Assembly (NCBI GenBank): GCA_964252035.1
Contig: OZ176217.1
Origin: Podarcis erhardii
Taxonomy: Eukaryota
Length of the DNA stretch: 64,000 nucleotides
Direction: 5' to 3' (one strand)
The position numbers and the translations under genes were made by a program. Each line of letters begins with the position of its first letter. Within the stretch, counting starts at the first letter, position 1. The notes beneath the pieces are model-generated. The model was given only the letters and a program-made list of their open reading frames with translations. It ran no database searches and had not been told where the DNA came from. Positions 37,565-52,478 of the stretch are shown here, one piece after another.

Positions 37565-40500
37565 GTAAAAGGAGATAAGTGAATCTCATTGATTCTAAAA
37601 GAGAAAATACCATGCTGTTTGTTATTGGAATGTGTTTTAAAAAACAATTCGGTTTGTGACTAGGCAGATTCTTGGGAGTTAACCCAATGATGACAAGAAT
37701 TTCAGAGAAATCCATATCTATCTAACAACCAAATCTAGGAAATGTTTTAGAAATAGATTATTGAGAATATATTTAAGAAGTTATTGATTAGGGAACTATT
37801 TATTATATGTTTCCTACTGAATATGCTGGCAAATCTATGAGTCATCTCAATATTATGGAAAATTACTATTTAGTGAGAGGTACCCTTTCTGTTTCTAAGA
37901 AACATTAGCAATTCAAATAATAAATAGTTGAGGCACACTCAACAGAACTGAGCCACATTGAAACCCGCCTGAAATCAACAAATGCTCGCTTAAAAAGCAA
38001 ACCATTTTTAGTCATTTAATCATTTAATTTGCATATAATAAATAAAAATCAGTTTAATGATTAATAATCTTAATTACTGAACATTACGTGAACCTATCTG
38101 TTCACAGTGGAGATGCTCTAACTGTGTAGCAACAGCAGAATACTTAAAAAAGAAAGAAAGGGGAGCTTCTGTTGTTTCAGTATGTAAAGTACTACTTGAC
38201 CTAGGCCGAGAAACAGTATGATTGTGGACACAATGATTTTGAACTTGCTGTGATATAATGCTCCAATTTTTTAAATAAATTAATCAGGCAGATTAAACTA
38301 ATGTAACTTGGTTAAGATCACAATAATCAAGGATTGGCTCTTGCAAAGGAGAGTTTGTTAATGTGCCATGTTACTCTGCTTCCCATCACAATGATGCTCT
38401 TTTCTTTAGTCACACAAAGCACATACCCTAATATATTAGTCTTTAAGGTACTGCCGTATTCTGTATTGTCTCTCCGTCCACCCATTCCCCAGTAAATTTG
38501 AATAAAATCTGGATAGGTTGTTTTGTTATCTATCACATCTTTGTTTTTCACCTGCCTAACCTAGAAAAAGTTAAAGGTTTTTGGTTGCATTTGAATAATT
38601 TCAGCTGTAAACCAATTCATGCTTTTGTGGAAGTCCCATTGCACATAGTGGGGATTACTTCTGAGTAACCATGCATAGATAGAACTCTTAAATTTTTATC
38701 ACTGATTTTTCAACAGTATATAAATATCTTAAATTTCATTTTCACTACTAGGACTTCTGTACTTCCATTGACTTATATAAATAGAGCTATTCATAAGCAG
38801 ACGTAAAGATTTGTAGTTAGTGCTGCATAAATACAGTTTCTTTAGAAAGTTGTGCAATTTCACACTAACTAGAGCCAAATTCTCAAGTAAATTAGGTAAA
38901 TTATGGTTCCTTTTTTAAATAAGGTCATCTTTCCATCTCACTACATAAAAAGGAACTTTTGACCATGGATGCAAAACCAGTCCCATTTATATTAAAATAC
39001 AAAAATTCTGCAGTAAAATTAAACATTCTTTATAGTGTTCTGTGCATGTGAATCCTTTCAGTAGCCCCATTCTCTGTGTGAAATCCTCAGAGTCAATAGT
39101 GGGATATAGCGAAGGTCAGCAGATACAAGTAGACCTGGATTTTTTCTGTCTTACATCTATTTGACAAAATGTCAGTTCACTGGATTAAAGGGAAGGAGTC
39201 TTGATTTTATACTGCCATGTGTGAAAAGACAAAAAACAAGCCAGAGGTGCTGCTCTGCTAACTTTAATGGAAATACTCTTGAGTAAGCAGTTTCAGGACT
39301 GGATCCTTAAGCATTCTAATATTGTCGATATTTCTTAAAAGAGGCAAGTTAGGAAACTCAGTGAAAAGCCTATCAAAGACACTGGTAGTGTTAAGATTGC
39401 ACAACTGGAGATATTTCAGATTTTTGTTTGTGATTCTGGAGCAGGCCAATATGTATGGTCTCAGGAATGTTATTTAAGTGCAGTTTCTAAAATTACCAGT
39501 GTCAACGGCAGCAGTCAGATTTGTGACATTTTATCTTTGCTACTTCATCCCACCCCGATGGCAGTCACATCAAAGTTTAACTTTTAGCTTACTATTTCTA
39601 TTAGCCAATGAATAAAACTAATAAACAAGCAACTCATTACCAGTAAGAAAGAACATCTAAAAGTTTTACTGTTTCTGAATAGATTTGTCACTAGATATAT
39701 TTGCATTGCTATGGAGCTAAGAATTGAGTTCCAGAGCTTTGTCATTTAAGTTGTCAACAATAAATTGGAATTTCATAGCTCATTATTTTCATAACTAATA
39801 ATTACAGTTGGTAAAATGTCACTGTAATTGGAGCACTCTCTCTCTCTGTGAATATATATATATATATGGAACACGCACAGAAAATATGCTTGATTCTACA
39901 TTTAGGAATCAATATTTCTTAATTTACAACAGTTAAACACTGGCACAAAATAAATAGCAACAGTGGCAAACCTTTCAAAGATGTCAACACCAGCAAATTG
40001 TTTCTATATTTAATAGTTTGTTGCTGAGCCATCTTAACTATGATTGTTTAACTGATACTGCTTGTGAATATAATAGGATCTGTATAGGCAATGCATTTTA
40101 GCCCAATAACAATGCCAGCATCCTGAATATGGGTCTAGATTCTTCCCAAGACTGGACATTGCATTCTGGGACATTTGGTCTCCGCAGACTATAAGTTAAG
40201 TTATGAATGGGTGCAGTTTGTCTTACGGTCGTTGTTCACAGCACAAATGAAATTATTTGTCATTATTTGGTTTGATACAAGTTTGTTAATTTACTGACCC
40301 TAGCATTAGATGAAAATAAGAATGATGTTTTAATCACCCGGTAATTCACGATCCATAGAACCAGATTCACCTGTTTTGCTGTACTGTTTGAGGCCCAGAA
40401 GCCAGTCTGAGGCAGAATCCTGTATACTATCATGTTTAAAATATTAGTGACATTTTAACCTAATAATAAAAAACAGTGCTCTCAGATCAGGTCTATTCCA

Positions 40501-40727
40501 AACCTGCTTAGTTTAAATAGTGTAATAGCATTAGGTAGCACAGGGTTATGGCTTGAATGCTGACCTATTAATGAGCAAGTCCCTGGTTTAAATCTCACCA
40601 CTGCCCTTTCACTCGGTGACTTAAGACAAGCCATTCTTTCTGATCCTCAGGCCCTTGCTATACTTTTTATAGCAATTTAGACTTCACTTCACATGGTTCA
40701 GCCTATTGCAAGCTCCCAGACCATTCT

Positions 40728-40925
40728 CTGGGTGGGAAAATCAGAATTCAAATCCCTGCTTGGCCATAAAGCTGACTGGGTGTCCTTGCGCCAATCACTC
40801 TCTCTGCCTCACCTACCTCATAGAGTTGTTGTGAGGGTAAAATAGAAGGGGAAATGGCTTCGTGTACTGTATGCTGTTTTGAGCTCCATGGAGTAGTGAA
40901 AGGTAAGATAAAATATAATAAGTGA
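40728..40925 (+). mobile_element. tRNA-derived SINE with MIR/L2-type body (Squam3/MIR-like)
   Basis: B-box-like GAATTCAAATCCC, CTGGGTGTCCTTG, CCTACCTCATAGAGTTGTTGTGAGG and an A-rich tail; related to 63662. Confidence 0.7.
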
Positions 40926-41268
40926 GAGGTATATATAATAAATAAAAATGATTTCTAAATCAGCTACTGAGGGACAATGAGTGCAAAAAGATATGTAGAA
41001 AATCAACTATTTTCCATTGTAAAAATAAAAAGTACTCCTCATAAGCACAGTGACTGATGAGTGGCGACTTTCTTCTTAAGTACTTTATCAGCCCGGTTCT
41101 ACTGACTTTGATGAGAAGAATTTAAATTAAATTAAAGTTATTTTCCTTAACTGAGTTGAGATCGGGCATGGTTGATTAAAAGAGGAGAGTCCATGAAGGC
41201 ATTTCTTATGCATTGTTTTGTCATACAAATGTACACTATCAATTATTTTATGATATTCATTGTATATA

Positions 41269-41486
41269 CAGTGGTACCTCGGGTTACAAACACTTCGGGT
41301 TACAGACTCCGCTATCCCGGAAGTAGTACCTCGGGTTAAGAACTTTGCCTCAGAAATCGCGTTGTGCCGTGGCGGCGGCAGCAGTGGGAGGCCCTATTAG
41401 CTAAAGTGGCACCTCAGGTTAAGAACGGTTTCAGGTTAAGAATGGTACTCCAGAACGAATTAAGTTCGTAACCAGAGGTACCACTG
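41269..41486. mobile_element. Tc1/mariner (Tigger-like) MITE
   Basis: TIRs CAGTGGTACCTCGGGTTAC / GTAACCAGAGGTACCACTG, TA flanks. Confidence 0.93.
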
Positions 41487-42881
41487 TACATGAAAACTTA
41501 GCAGCTTCATTAGACTCAGTGCAATATTTCAGAAGGCTCTAATATCAAGCGTATCCCAGCCTTCCCCATCCTGGTGCCTTCCAGATGTTCAGAACTACAA
41601 TTCCCATCAGGCCCAGCCAGCACTGTCTTGTTTCACTAGTATTTCTCAGCTAAAGAGTTGTACAACAGACAATTTCTTTAAAAACCCAATGGGAAAACAT
41701 AAACACAGGATGTAAGTGAGCTACAGATCCTATTGAAATCAACAGCAAAACTCTCATTGATTTTAATTGTTCTAATCTCACTTCAGTGTCTTGCCAGTGT
41801 GGTGAACAAGGATATTAGGCCCTGACAAAGGGCTCCCAGAAAAAAGACGCCCAGTTGAAATTGCGTAGTTAAATGAAAATATGATGGGACCAAAGTGCTG
41901 GGTCCAAAATGCAGCCCAAAATTGTAAATTCATCTTATTTTAATATGATGTGTGTCTGAGCCTTTTGTATAGAAAAATGATTAATAATACAGATTTATGA
42001 TATTGCTAGTTAGAGAGGCTTTGGTTGATATACAAATAATTGGGTTTTCTGTGTTGAACTTCTCCTGTTGGGACACCGCTGGTTTGTTATCATGGCTGTT
42101 CTCAACAAGGTTAGTCCAGAGACCTTGATAGTCTTTAGTCTACAGTAGCTGAGCATTAGACCCAAAGGGTGCACATTACCTAAATTTTCTGTAACGTAAC
42201 CATGTCCATTTTACTGGTGCCTGTATAGGAAAAGTGCTTGGTAGATTCTTCTTTCATTTGCGTCAGTAAATTGCAATGGGTTACTGAGGAGAATTGTAGT
42301 TTAACAGTAAAGCCAGTAGTTCAAAAATTCTCCCTACCCTGAAGATAGCAGTTAGGAAAAATGTGTTTTAATTTTTGCCCTTCACAATTATGAAGAAATG
42401 AAGAAAAAGGAGAGAAATTCGTGCATTGTTTTGACTGCACTTATCTTTCCATGATATTGTTTTACCACTTAGTTGCAAAAAGATGGTAAGTCTTAATAGT
42501 AATTTACAAATGAGACCAATGCTCCCCACCCCTATTTAAGTAAAAAAATTATTCCAGTGCCAATTTCTTTTTATTATTGTTGCTATTACAGATTAATAAC
42601 ACACATTTTCAGTTAATTTTCAATTTTCACTTGCCCTTTAAAATCACATCACTTTTATTGCCTTCTGGCCATGAAGGAAAACACACATGTACCTATAGTT
42701 ATATATCAAACAATCCATAATGGCAAATTTAAAAAAGAATTAGGACACAAAGCATGTGACGTTAAACACTTCTAAGTCTTATTGATTTCAGTGGGAGAAT
42801 TAAATACATGGGTTGCAGTTTACTAGGGTTCCATTACATTAGCATATATAATGGGAATGACCACTGAAAATGCATTCCTGA

Positions 42882-43124
<243 letters not shown>

Positions 43125-43443
43125 TAAGGATCTTTTGGGCAGTACAATGGGGATTCATGTGGGCAGTGGTTCTTACAATTGTCTGAAAATGGAATGGGTC
43201 AATTTTGATTATTTGCAGGGCTCTTCACATGTGTAAAAAGCATTCATAACCATTTTGTGATCTGTTTCTCATGCAATGTTTGGTGCATTGAGCATAGCTG
43301 GAAGAAGCACCGTGTAAGAAATTTTCTGAAAGGCAAGATAAAAATGAATATACAAAATAAATAAATACGAACATTTCTTTCTCCACAACATCCATTGTCT
43401 CTGTCTTGAATTTCCATTTTTCTGCCGCCTAAGAAGCGGCAGA

Positions 43444-43475
43444 AATATTTGAATATTTGAATATTTGAATATTTG
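43444..43475. repeat. (AATATTTG)4 tandem repeat
   Basis: Direct reading. Confidence 0.93.
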
Positions 43476-45674
43476 TTATGTGAAAACTAGGAACGTAACT
43501 GTTCTAATGCAAAAAAGTGTGAGTCTATAACTTTGGAGTGTAGACTGGGAAATAAGGAAGAACTAGTCTAGGACAAGGACCATGTGGTCATATTTTGCTA
43601 GATTTACCATCCATCTTTATTATTGATTAATTGAAAGTGAACCTGGGTAGATCAGTAGTGCATCTGCTAATAGAAACAAGTGTGGTAGAATCAAGAGTGT
43701 CCTCCAGTTTAGTGACCTGTGCAATGGGTCTATTAAATCTTATGCAGAGGGATGATTAATTTTGCAAAATTCTTTAGAGATTCTTGCATACAAAGTGCTA
43801 TCTTAGATTGTGTATTATGAAGTTTCTGTAATTTGTACTTGTCTGGTGCATGAACAGTCATGCTTATGAACAGTGTGTCAATTACTGCTTTTCTCAAGAA
43901 GCAATCACTGTCCCAATGTGCATAATTGTAGTTCATCACATCAAAAGTTAAGTATATATTTCATAGGAGAACTGAAAGATAATTCAGCTATGAGCTACAG
44001 TTTACTTCACAGTAGTTCTAGTTAAGTCCACCTTGTTACCCTGAAATAGATGGCTTGCATATCACATCCTTTGTGAATTATTATGTTAAATCCTGAGAAA
44101 CCAAGCCCCATTAGTGGCAAGTGTCTCGTGTTTAGGGTAGCAGCACAGCTTAAATTGGGATATTTGGATTTTTTAAAAAATATACAATTTATTTTAAATT
44201 TAGAAAATTCACACAAGTGGAATACTTTTCTGTATTAGAAACAACAACCCCAAAGAAAATTTTCATGGAATTTCATTTAAATGCTCTAACTTTATCTAAC
44301 AATAACACACTATTTGTATTGCTGGACATGTAATATATAGCTGCAAAATTATTTTATTTGTTCTTTTCAATATCCAAGCATCTTTGGAACACTCACTAAT
44401 TACTTAGTAATTTCCTCATAGGATTTTAAAATGTTTTTTTAAAAGGTTAGGGTACAAAAATTGCTGCTTTTTGACTGGTTACTAATCTAATTGCATATTT
44501 TCACCAGATATTTTGCAGTGAGAATATACAGCTTTGCACATATTAATAATATGAAGAAAGTTAGTCCTGTTGAAATTAAAAGGGTAATTTAAAGCACTTC
44601 CAGATTTCCACTATTATTGGATGAGATTCAATCACATACTGTACTGGCAAATTCAGGTTGTACAATTAAAGTTGATTGGGAGGTCTTGCACGGCAAACCA
44701 GCTTCACCTCCAGACTGACCTTTTTAAAATAAGGAAAGTGATGGGAAATTGTGCTAGAAAGTATGGGATAAAATTTGCTGGATGCAACATCATTTAACCT
44801 CCCCACAAGCAAATGAGAATGAATGCCCAATAAATTGCTGATATCACCTAATCTCCTTAAGAACTTTGTGCAGACGAATAATGATAAATGTTCAATAAGT
44901 GGGTCACCTGATATTGCAATTGATTTATGTCCCATTGAATTCATTAGATGTTAAGTGCAAGCGGCTTCACTTTGGCTCCAACTTTTAATTCTAATGCCAT
45001 TCAGAATATTGGCTTCTGTTTCCTAAACAGAATGAAATCTCAAGCACTTATATAGAGACAATAGAGCATAACCTAATTTATCTGCCTTTCCATATGCTTT
45101 GGTTATTTGGTATTTACGTGCCCTGTTGCTATGATCATTGCAGGACTGTGGGCAAAATTATGTGTTCAGAAAGTGTCTGGCTAAAATGAGGCTGTACTAT
45201 TTTTGCATATTGCAAAGTCATTTATTTAAAATGTTTGGCTAAAACTGAGAAGTAAAACAACAGCTTGGCCTATAGGCCAATTAAGGGAAAGTACATGGAC
45301 TTAAACCAATTTAGTCCCATTGATGTCAATATGGCAAAGCTGGCAGAAGCCCAAATATTCCTGGGTTGGTTTGGGCTGTCTGAACTATTTTTTGCCTGAA
45401 AACAACATTTATCTTTTATGTGCGCTAGAAACCACCGGCCCAGCTCTGCAATCAGCTATAGTCATACTACTAGTTATACTGTTACAAGGCACGTATCCTG
45501 ATTCTATGCATAACCAGCAAGTTACTTAACGTTTTGACTTCTGCTACCTGCCCCAAATGAAAGTGTTAATGAAGAATACTGAAAAAGTTATGTATCGTAA
45601 TACATAGCTTTTATATATTATAATACAAACCTGCTGATTCCGTCATTTTATAGCAGAGACTTTGAAGAACTGAG

Positions 45675-45869
45675 TAGGGTTGCCATACGTCCGGATTTTG
45701 TGAACATATTCGGAATATTGCACTTGGAAGCAGTGTCTAGGAGGGAAATCACTTAATGTCCAAGAAAATCTGGGTGTATGGCAACCCATGTCAGCAGTGT
45801 CATTTTCAGCAATTTTCCTTAAAAAACTTTTCTGTCCAGATTTTCCCTGTTTGAAATATGGCAACCCTA
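45675..45869. mobile_element. hAT (Blackjack-like) MITE
   Basis: Perfect TIRs TAGGGTTGCCATA / TATGGCAACCCTA; perfect 8-bp TSD GAACTGAG at 45667-45674 and 45870-45877. Confidence 0.93.
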
Positions 45870-46131
45870 GAACTGAGTATTATTAACTTTCTTCCTTCTC
45901 TTTATCTGGAGGCCACCAGATTGGGGAAGGCTGCTTTGTAGAATGTCATACATGAAAAGACAGGTTCCTACCCAAAAAGCTTTAAGTCTAAGTTAAGTAG
46001 TGAAGGGGAAAACACAGCAGAAAGGAGGGAAGGGGGAATGTAGAATAACAAAACAGCAAAAGGAGGGAGGAATTTATTTATTGCACTGAAACCCACGTGG
46101 TTGCATTAAATATGGATATTTAAACATAGAT

Positions 46132-46133
<2 letters not shown>

Positions 46134-46181
<48 letters not shown>
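46134..46181. repeat. (AC)24 microsatellite
   Basis: Direct reading. Confidence 0.98.
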
Positions 46182-46183
<2 letters not shown>

Positions 46184-49100
46184 CAATACAGAGCTGTGTC
46201 ATGCACGTTAGTCTCTGGGCACATCAGAGCGGCTAAGGTAATAGAGGATGGATGAGAGTAAATGCAGGTACATGTATTTACTTTTTTTTTATTTCCCAAA
46301 ATTCTCTTTTGTAAACACATGGGTGAAAAATACAGAGTTTGGCTGTAAACCTTAGAACACCAGCTGTTGGTGACCAGTAACAAGGGAAACCTATTAACTA
46401 CATGCTCTGCTTGTGAGAACACAATCGTACCTGTCTGGCCACAGTCAGTAACACTGCTGAACTAGATATATACCTTTGGTCTTCAACTGCAAGGCACATA
46501 TTATGTTCATAAAAAGAGCAGGCACGGGTAAATTTTTTGCATATTTTTCCCTTTCAGTTACTCTTCCTGTATTATTTTTGAATATTACTGCCTAATTACT
46601 TAAAATGATTAGCAGCTAAGTTCCAAATAAGTAAGTCACAAAACAGGCTGGTACAGTTTGCATGAGATAAACCCCCTGCTGCAATCTGTTCAATCTCTCT
46701 CTTTCTGTCTCTTTTCATATACACATTTATGTACATACATGAGGGGCTCAAAGGAAAGTTGATCTTGTTGATTTTTGCATTTCAGAGAAAGAGAAAGAGA
46801 GAATTAAATCTCAATCCTGATTTATGTGTCTGGGATTGAGGTGTTCTAGTTGTTCTTTTCTTTCAATTCATTCCTCTTGGTCTGATATTCGCAGCAGAGT
46901 CTTGATCCTACACCAATAATTGATAAAACACAGTGCCAGCTCAGCTGGGCCCCTGCTTACGTCATTTGTCTACTGTGGATATATAAAAAAATGTTTGCAA
47001 GATGACAAGTAAACTTGAATTCACCCCTAGTGAATGAAATGCTTTATAGTTCTGGGAAGATAAGGTATAAGTGGAGAGACAATAGCAAATGGGCAGATCC
47101 GTGCACATTCTGACACAGAAAAAGTGCATCCTTCTGTCATCTACTGCACAACTTAACAGTTTCTACGAGAGGGCAAATTGGTGTCCTTTGAAGAAACGAC
47201 TATGTCTCTTTCACCAAGTACATATTTCTGTATAGCAGGAAATATATTGATCAGATATTTTAATTTATAATATGCAGAATAAATTGGAAATGTGTAAATA
47301 AATAGAGTTTGCAGGGCAAAGAAAGCAGGTCCATCTGAATGTTATTTGAAAGCCTAATAAAATCTAGCAATATTTAGGGATGATTCCTAATTCAGGTGGC
47401 ATTCATGTTTTGCATGTAGCGTTTGATGCTTGAACGCATGAAATGAGGAGGTGTGCCTGTAAACATAGGGTGGACATGCAACAGGGAGTCACGATCACCA
47501 GTTCATTCAAGGCCAGTCTTCTCTAACCAGTTGCCCCCACAGAAGAACCTCCCCACCTGCCTTGACTAGCTTACACTCCACGTAGTATTGCTCTGTAAAA
47601 TGGAGAAAGCTATGTCCTGTGTGGAAGCACAAAGCAGAAAGGAGACATATGGGACATTCTGCCTTATATATTAAAATAAGAAGTGCCAGGTTGTTCCCTG
47701 GCCTGTCTGGAAGGCACCACCATCTCCTTCGTGCTCTGAACAATCCCATATGTGCTGGGATTGTTTGAGGATGCTCAGTAAGGAGGAAGTGAACTTTGTA
47801 TATACTCAAAAATGTATTTTATTTTAATGGATCAGGAAGCCACCCTGGAAGCCTTTTTGGGTAAAATACTTTAAAATAAATACATGCACTTCTTTCTTAT
47901 ACCTAAAGAGAGAGAGAGATTACTTTAAATTAAGTGCTGTGTGAAAGATCCAACACCAGCCCTGCTCTGAACCCTGTACAGATGCCAGCAGAGTGATTGG
48001 TGTGTAGGAATTGCACCAGTCACCTGTTTGGTTCCCAAGGCCATTTACTCTGTGCAAAACCACTCTACAGCCTTGTGCAGATTGAACAGGTCAGTTGCAT
48101 GCTGAGATGCAGGCACTGTGAAATGTAGCAGCCGATTTGCGGCGGTGCAGATACAGCCTCCAGACCTTCATTCTAGCTAGCTAGTGTGCAAGGCTTCCAG
48201 TGGAGAAGCTACTGTACATTCAGAGAATACTTGCAGAGCAGACCTAAGAAGTAGAGGCTCGTGTTGCCTCATCATCTTCAGACTGAAATTCTCAACTATG
48301 GGTTCCTGTTACTTTTAGGTGTGCCTCAGTTCCTACCCATGTAAGAAGGCTGCTCACTGTGTCTTTGTATGATTTACTGCTCTTACCTTGCTTTCTTCTA
48401 ATCAAACTCTTCTAGAGGTGGGTACTTTGCTGTATCTCTGCATTAGGTGTGATCAGATCAGCTTAGTCACCCATGATGCAAAGACAGAGCAGAATTAACC
48501 ACCTTCTGCACGGCTCACTGCTCTGTTCCCTGGGCTTGTACAGTCTAAAACTGTGTTCAGGCCTGAAACAGGCCTTGAACTAGAATTGGGGGTCACAAAC
48601 TCTTAAAATGCAAACTCTTTAGTGTACAGGAGTTTTCGGTTTTACTTATTTCTTTGAAATGTGCTTCAGCTTTCAAAACTTTTGGAAATATAGTATTACC
48701 CAAAGAGGGTCCCAGCCTGAATTGTTCATTAAGTATTAACACAACACAACAACTACAACCAAACACTTCAGGTGGAACTTGGAGTAAGCCCATTGAAATG
48801 AACAAGCACAACTACCATTATGCCTATTAATTTCAGGGGGTCTACTCTGAGTAAACCTTAGTTGAGTACCACCCATCATAATCATCTACATTTTGGTAAA
48901 TGGTGCAAAGGAAGAGGCAGATAACAGTAATTTGGCACTGTCACTTTATGAGCTGATATTCTGAAATGCCAAAGAGGAAAATGTTTTGTTTTTTTAAATG
49001 ACAGGAGAATGTTCTTCTGTGAACGTACTAAACACGAAAAAACAAATCTGGAAGACAACCAGGCAAAAGCTGGGAGTGTGGCCAGGAACTCATCAGGCCA

Positions 49101-50246
49101 CAAGCTGCCAGCTAAAATATTATATTAAAACAGGCATATATACTGTGTGGAGAATTATATCAATTAACTGTGTGCTATTTGATAAAAGACCGTTCTATAG
49201 TGAGTGCATCAATCTTGTTCTTATTTAAATCAATGGCAAGATCTCCATTTGCGTCACTAGGAAAATATACAGAGAAGACCTCCTGTGTTCAGGGCTCTTA
49301 ATGCATCTCCACGGTGGATTTTCCATTGTTAACAATTTATTTTATTTTATGCTAACTTCAGTTTTCTAACCCAGCATTAACAAAAGCCTAAACCATATGT
49401 AGCACACACACACATTTTGCTGCCTAAAATGTGTTAGCAAATATTTTGAAAGTAGATATGATTCTAGATATGTATGTATAAGTAAGTTGGCACAAAAACC
49501 TTAATTTATGGCGATGTTAATGTTTAGGGCACTTCTACAAGTCTGTTGTGATCAGCCAACAGGAATGAGCAGAGAGGAAACACCATAGAATTACTTACGG
49601 TAGTTAATGAGACATTTCCTGTTGTGAGGGTTTAGAACTGTGCAGATTTTGCTCACTGAATATTTGGTGCTGTGAGGAAAAGCAGGGTCCACATTTTGCC
49701 CCAATCTGGATAAATTAGTCATGCTTAACTCCAGTTGAAATTAATGAGACAAGGTATTATTGAGATCAATAATATGTGTAATTATTATTATTGCAGTTAT
49801 TTTATATCCATTGGAAGTCAATGGAATTTAAGTACTTAGATCTTAGATCCTGCGTTTTGGACACTGTGTTGTTTATATTGTATATTTGGATTTGGTCCAT
49901 TTGCTCAGCTGCAATTCTTTCAGTCTCTCTTGATGGGGTGATTACATATATGAGTTACGGTGAATGTCCAAGCATTGTGAATGATGACATTCACGCATGA
50001 AAGTGGGCAATTCCAGTTTTGTGAATGTATTTAAGTAGACATGCATTTCCCAACTTTTCAGCTATGACTGATAACACATTTAGGCAGTTCTCAGCTCAGT
50101 GCCTCTTTTTGGTTTTCAATTTGGGAAATATAATAGTAATGAAGAGGAATAATTTTCTTAGACACTCATCATGTTTACCTGCATAGCTGTTTTTTTTGCT
50201 CTATTGTTGTATACCTAATAGTAAATAGCCATTTGTCTATATGCAG

Positions 50247-50311
50247 GATTATACGGACAAAGGTACAGCAACCACCCAACCAGCAAGTCCCAGCCTCCAG
50301 TCACAGCATAG
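50247..50311 (+). CDS. PAX5: PAX5 exon 4, end of paired domain and linker
   Basis: atgcag|G ATT ATA CGG ACA AAG GTA CAG CAA CCA CCC AAC CAG CAA GTC CCA GCC TCC AGT CAC AGC ATA G|gtaact, 65 nt; [21 protein letters not shown]. Confidence 0.98.
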
Positions 50312-50415
50312 GTAACTTTTTTTTAAATATACTTAAAAATATATAATGCAATTCATTCTAAAGAACTTTTAATCACTCTTATGGGCAGATAATTCTGCAC
50401 AGAACACTTCAGCAC

Positions 50416-50717
50416 NNNNNNNNNNNNNNNNNNNNNNNNNNNNNNNNNNNNNNNNNNNNNNNNNNNNNNNNNNNNNNNNNNNNNNNNNNNNNNNNNNNNN
50501 NNNNNNNNNNNNNNNNNNNNNNNNNNNNNNNNNNNNNNNNNNNNNNNNNNNNNNNNNNNNNNNNNNNNNNNNNNNNNNNNNNNNNNNNNNNNNNNNNNNN
50601 NNNNNNNNNNNNNNNNNNNNNNNNNNNNNNNNNNNNNNNNNNNNNNNNNNNNNNNNNNNNNNNNNNNNNNNNNNNNNNNNNNNNNNNNNNNNNNNNNNNN
50701 NNNNNNNNNNNNNNNNN
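50416..50717. other. Assembly gap (302 N) in PAX5 intron 4
   Basis: Run of N. Confidence 1.
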
Positions 50718-51957
50718 ATAATTCTTTGTGCACTTGCAATTTTGAGTGAAGAGGTAGCAAAACTTTGAAAACTTTTTACTGCTTTTTCTTCTTCTTCGCC
50801 TAATTCACATGCAGACCATCTAACTCTAGTCATTGAAGAGTGATGGACTTTATATTAGGGGTTTTTTTTCCCTTGTGGAGTCTCTGAAAGATGAGCATAA
50901 CCTTGCTTAAAATAAGCCCTGTTAACTCAAACTACTTTTATAATATATTCAAGCTTATGTAGTCCTGTTGAACCAAATGAGTGAAGTCAAAGTACTTCGG
51001 CTTAACTGGGTTGTAAGGCATGCTCCCATAGACCACTTTGGCTTAATATTCACTGCCTCTTTTCTCTTCACTGCAGATTTTCAAATTTTTCCTCTGCCTA
51101 ATCCTTTAGAACTGAATTCACTAAATTTTATCTTGAAAAATCTCCATATTTTCTGAGCTGTCAGCATTTTAGAATACTAACAACCTAATCCACAATCCAG
51201 CAAAAATGAAGTTCTTAGATTCAAGACAGTTAATCTCAGTGATTTCAGTAGGGACTAAATTGGTTTAAATCCACATACTTCATTAAAAATTATGGACTGG
51301 ACTACAGGCAAGCAATCCTCTAACCATTTACTCTGGGATAAAAATCCTGAGTCCAATTTTAGAATCTTGAGTGAATCTCATGTATGAAGTGGTAACTACC
51401 TCAACATATAGGAGTTTTCAGACAAATTGCAGCGTACATTTCGGTATTTCTGAATTGCACGAATATGTAAGACATATGAGCAATGGTTTAAATAAGCCTC
51501 TAAACCACAGTTTCCTAAATACACAAACTAGAATGTCTACCAACCACAAAATTTAACATGAAAGAGACCACTCAAAACATACCCTGCATCATAAGTCCAA
51601 TTGATGCAGTTCTAACATATCTAGGATTCCCAGTGAACTCTATATAGCTTCAAGTATTGGACCGGGCTGTCCTTAGTATTTGGCAGACTGAGGTGCCTAT
51701 CTCAGGAGCCATATTTTGGATGCTATAAGAGGGCAGCAAATTGTTAGTTATTTAATCTATTATTATACTTTTGGCTCTTGGTCTGGGCACCATATGCACT
51801 GTGTTGAGGCAGTAGTTCAGAGGATCTAGTGCCCCCAGTGCTATCTTTGTCTTACTCAAGTCCTCAAATGCTGAAAGAGTTGCAGATTACCAGTCATATC
51901 ATAGATGTCCTAGTATCAGGGGTCCTAGCAAGAATGCAATCTACTGTCAATTTAGAG

Positions 51958-52077
51958 CAGCTTTTCCGAACCCCAGATGCTTTCAACTATAATTCCCATC
52001 AGCCTCAGCTGGCAATACTATGCCTGATGGGAATTGTAGTCCAAAACACCCAGAGAACACCAGGTTGCAGGCAGGTG
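51958..52077. mobile_element. Palindromic hAT-like MITE, degraded
   Basis: Inner arms ACTATAATTCCCATCA / TGATGGGAATTGTAGT; related copies at 41557-41622 (half), 52486 and 60346. Confidence 0.7.
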
Positions 52078-52251
52078 CTTTATTGCGTTGGACATAAATG
52101 GTGGGAGATGTAGGCTCAAATCTCTGCTTGTCCAGGGGTTTATTTGTCCAGGCGAAATAATCATAACAAACTTTTAGACTGATGCATCTTGCAGGATGAC
52201 GCCATATATGTTGACCTGAATGCCTTAGAGATGCAACCAGCAATCTTTTGT

Positions 52252-52478
52252 GCAGTAATATAGCATAATGTTTAAGAACATGAGCTGTAAGCTACTTATC
52301 TGTAGTTCTTATCTCATTTCAGCCATGACCTCTATGGCATCAGTAGATTCCCTTTAGGCAGCCACTTCTCATCTTAACATGGGGGTAATATAACACTAGC
52401 CTATGGTACAGAGTTGTTGTATCAGTTACTGATAAAATAAACATGAAGCATTTTGAGCAGTTTAGAAAAGTGCTCTAT
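52252..52478 (+). mobile_element. Old MIR-like core SINE
   Basis: TATAGCATAATGTTTAAGAACATG head, AGAGTTGTTGT body and AAGCATTTTGAGCA...AAAGTGCTCTAT tail, typical of MIR/L2-tailed SINEs. Confidence 0.6.

Noticed and set aside
50353-50833. ORFs of 135 and 154 aa
   Set aside because: Artefacts of translating through the N gap.
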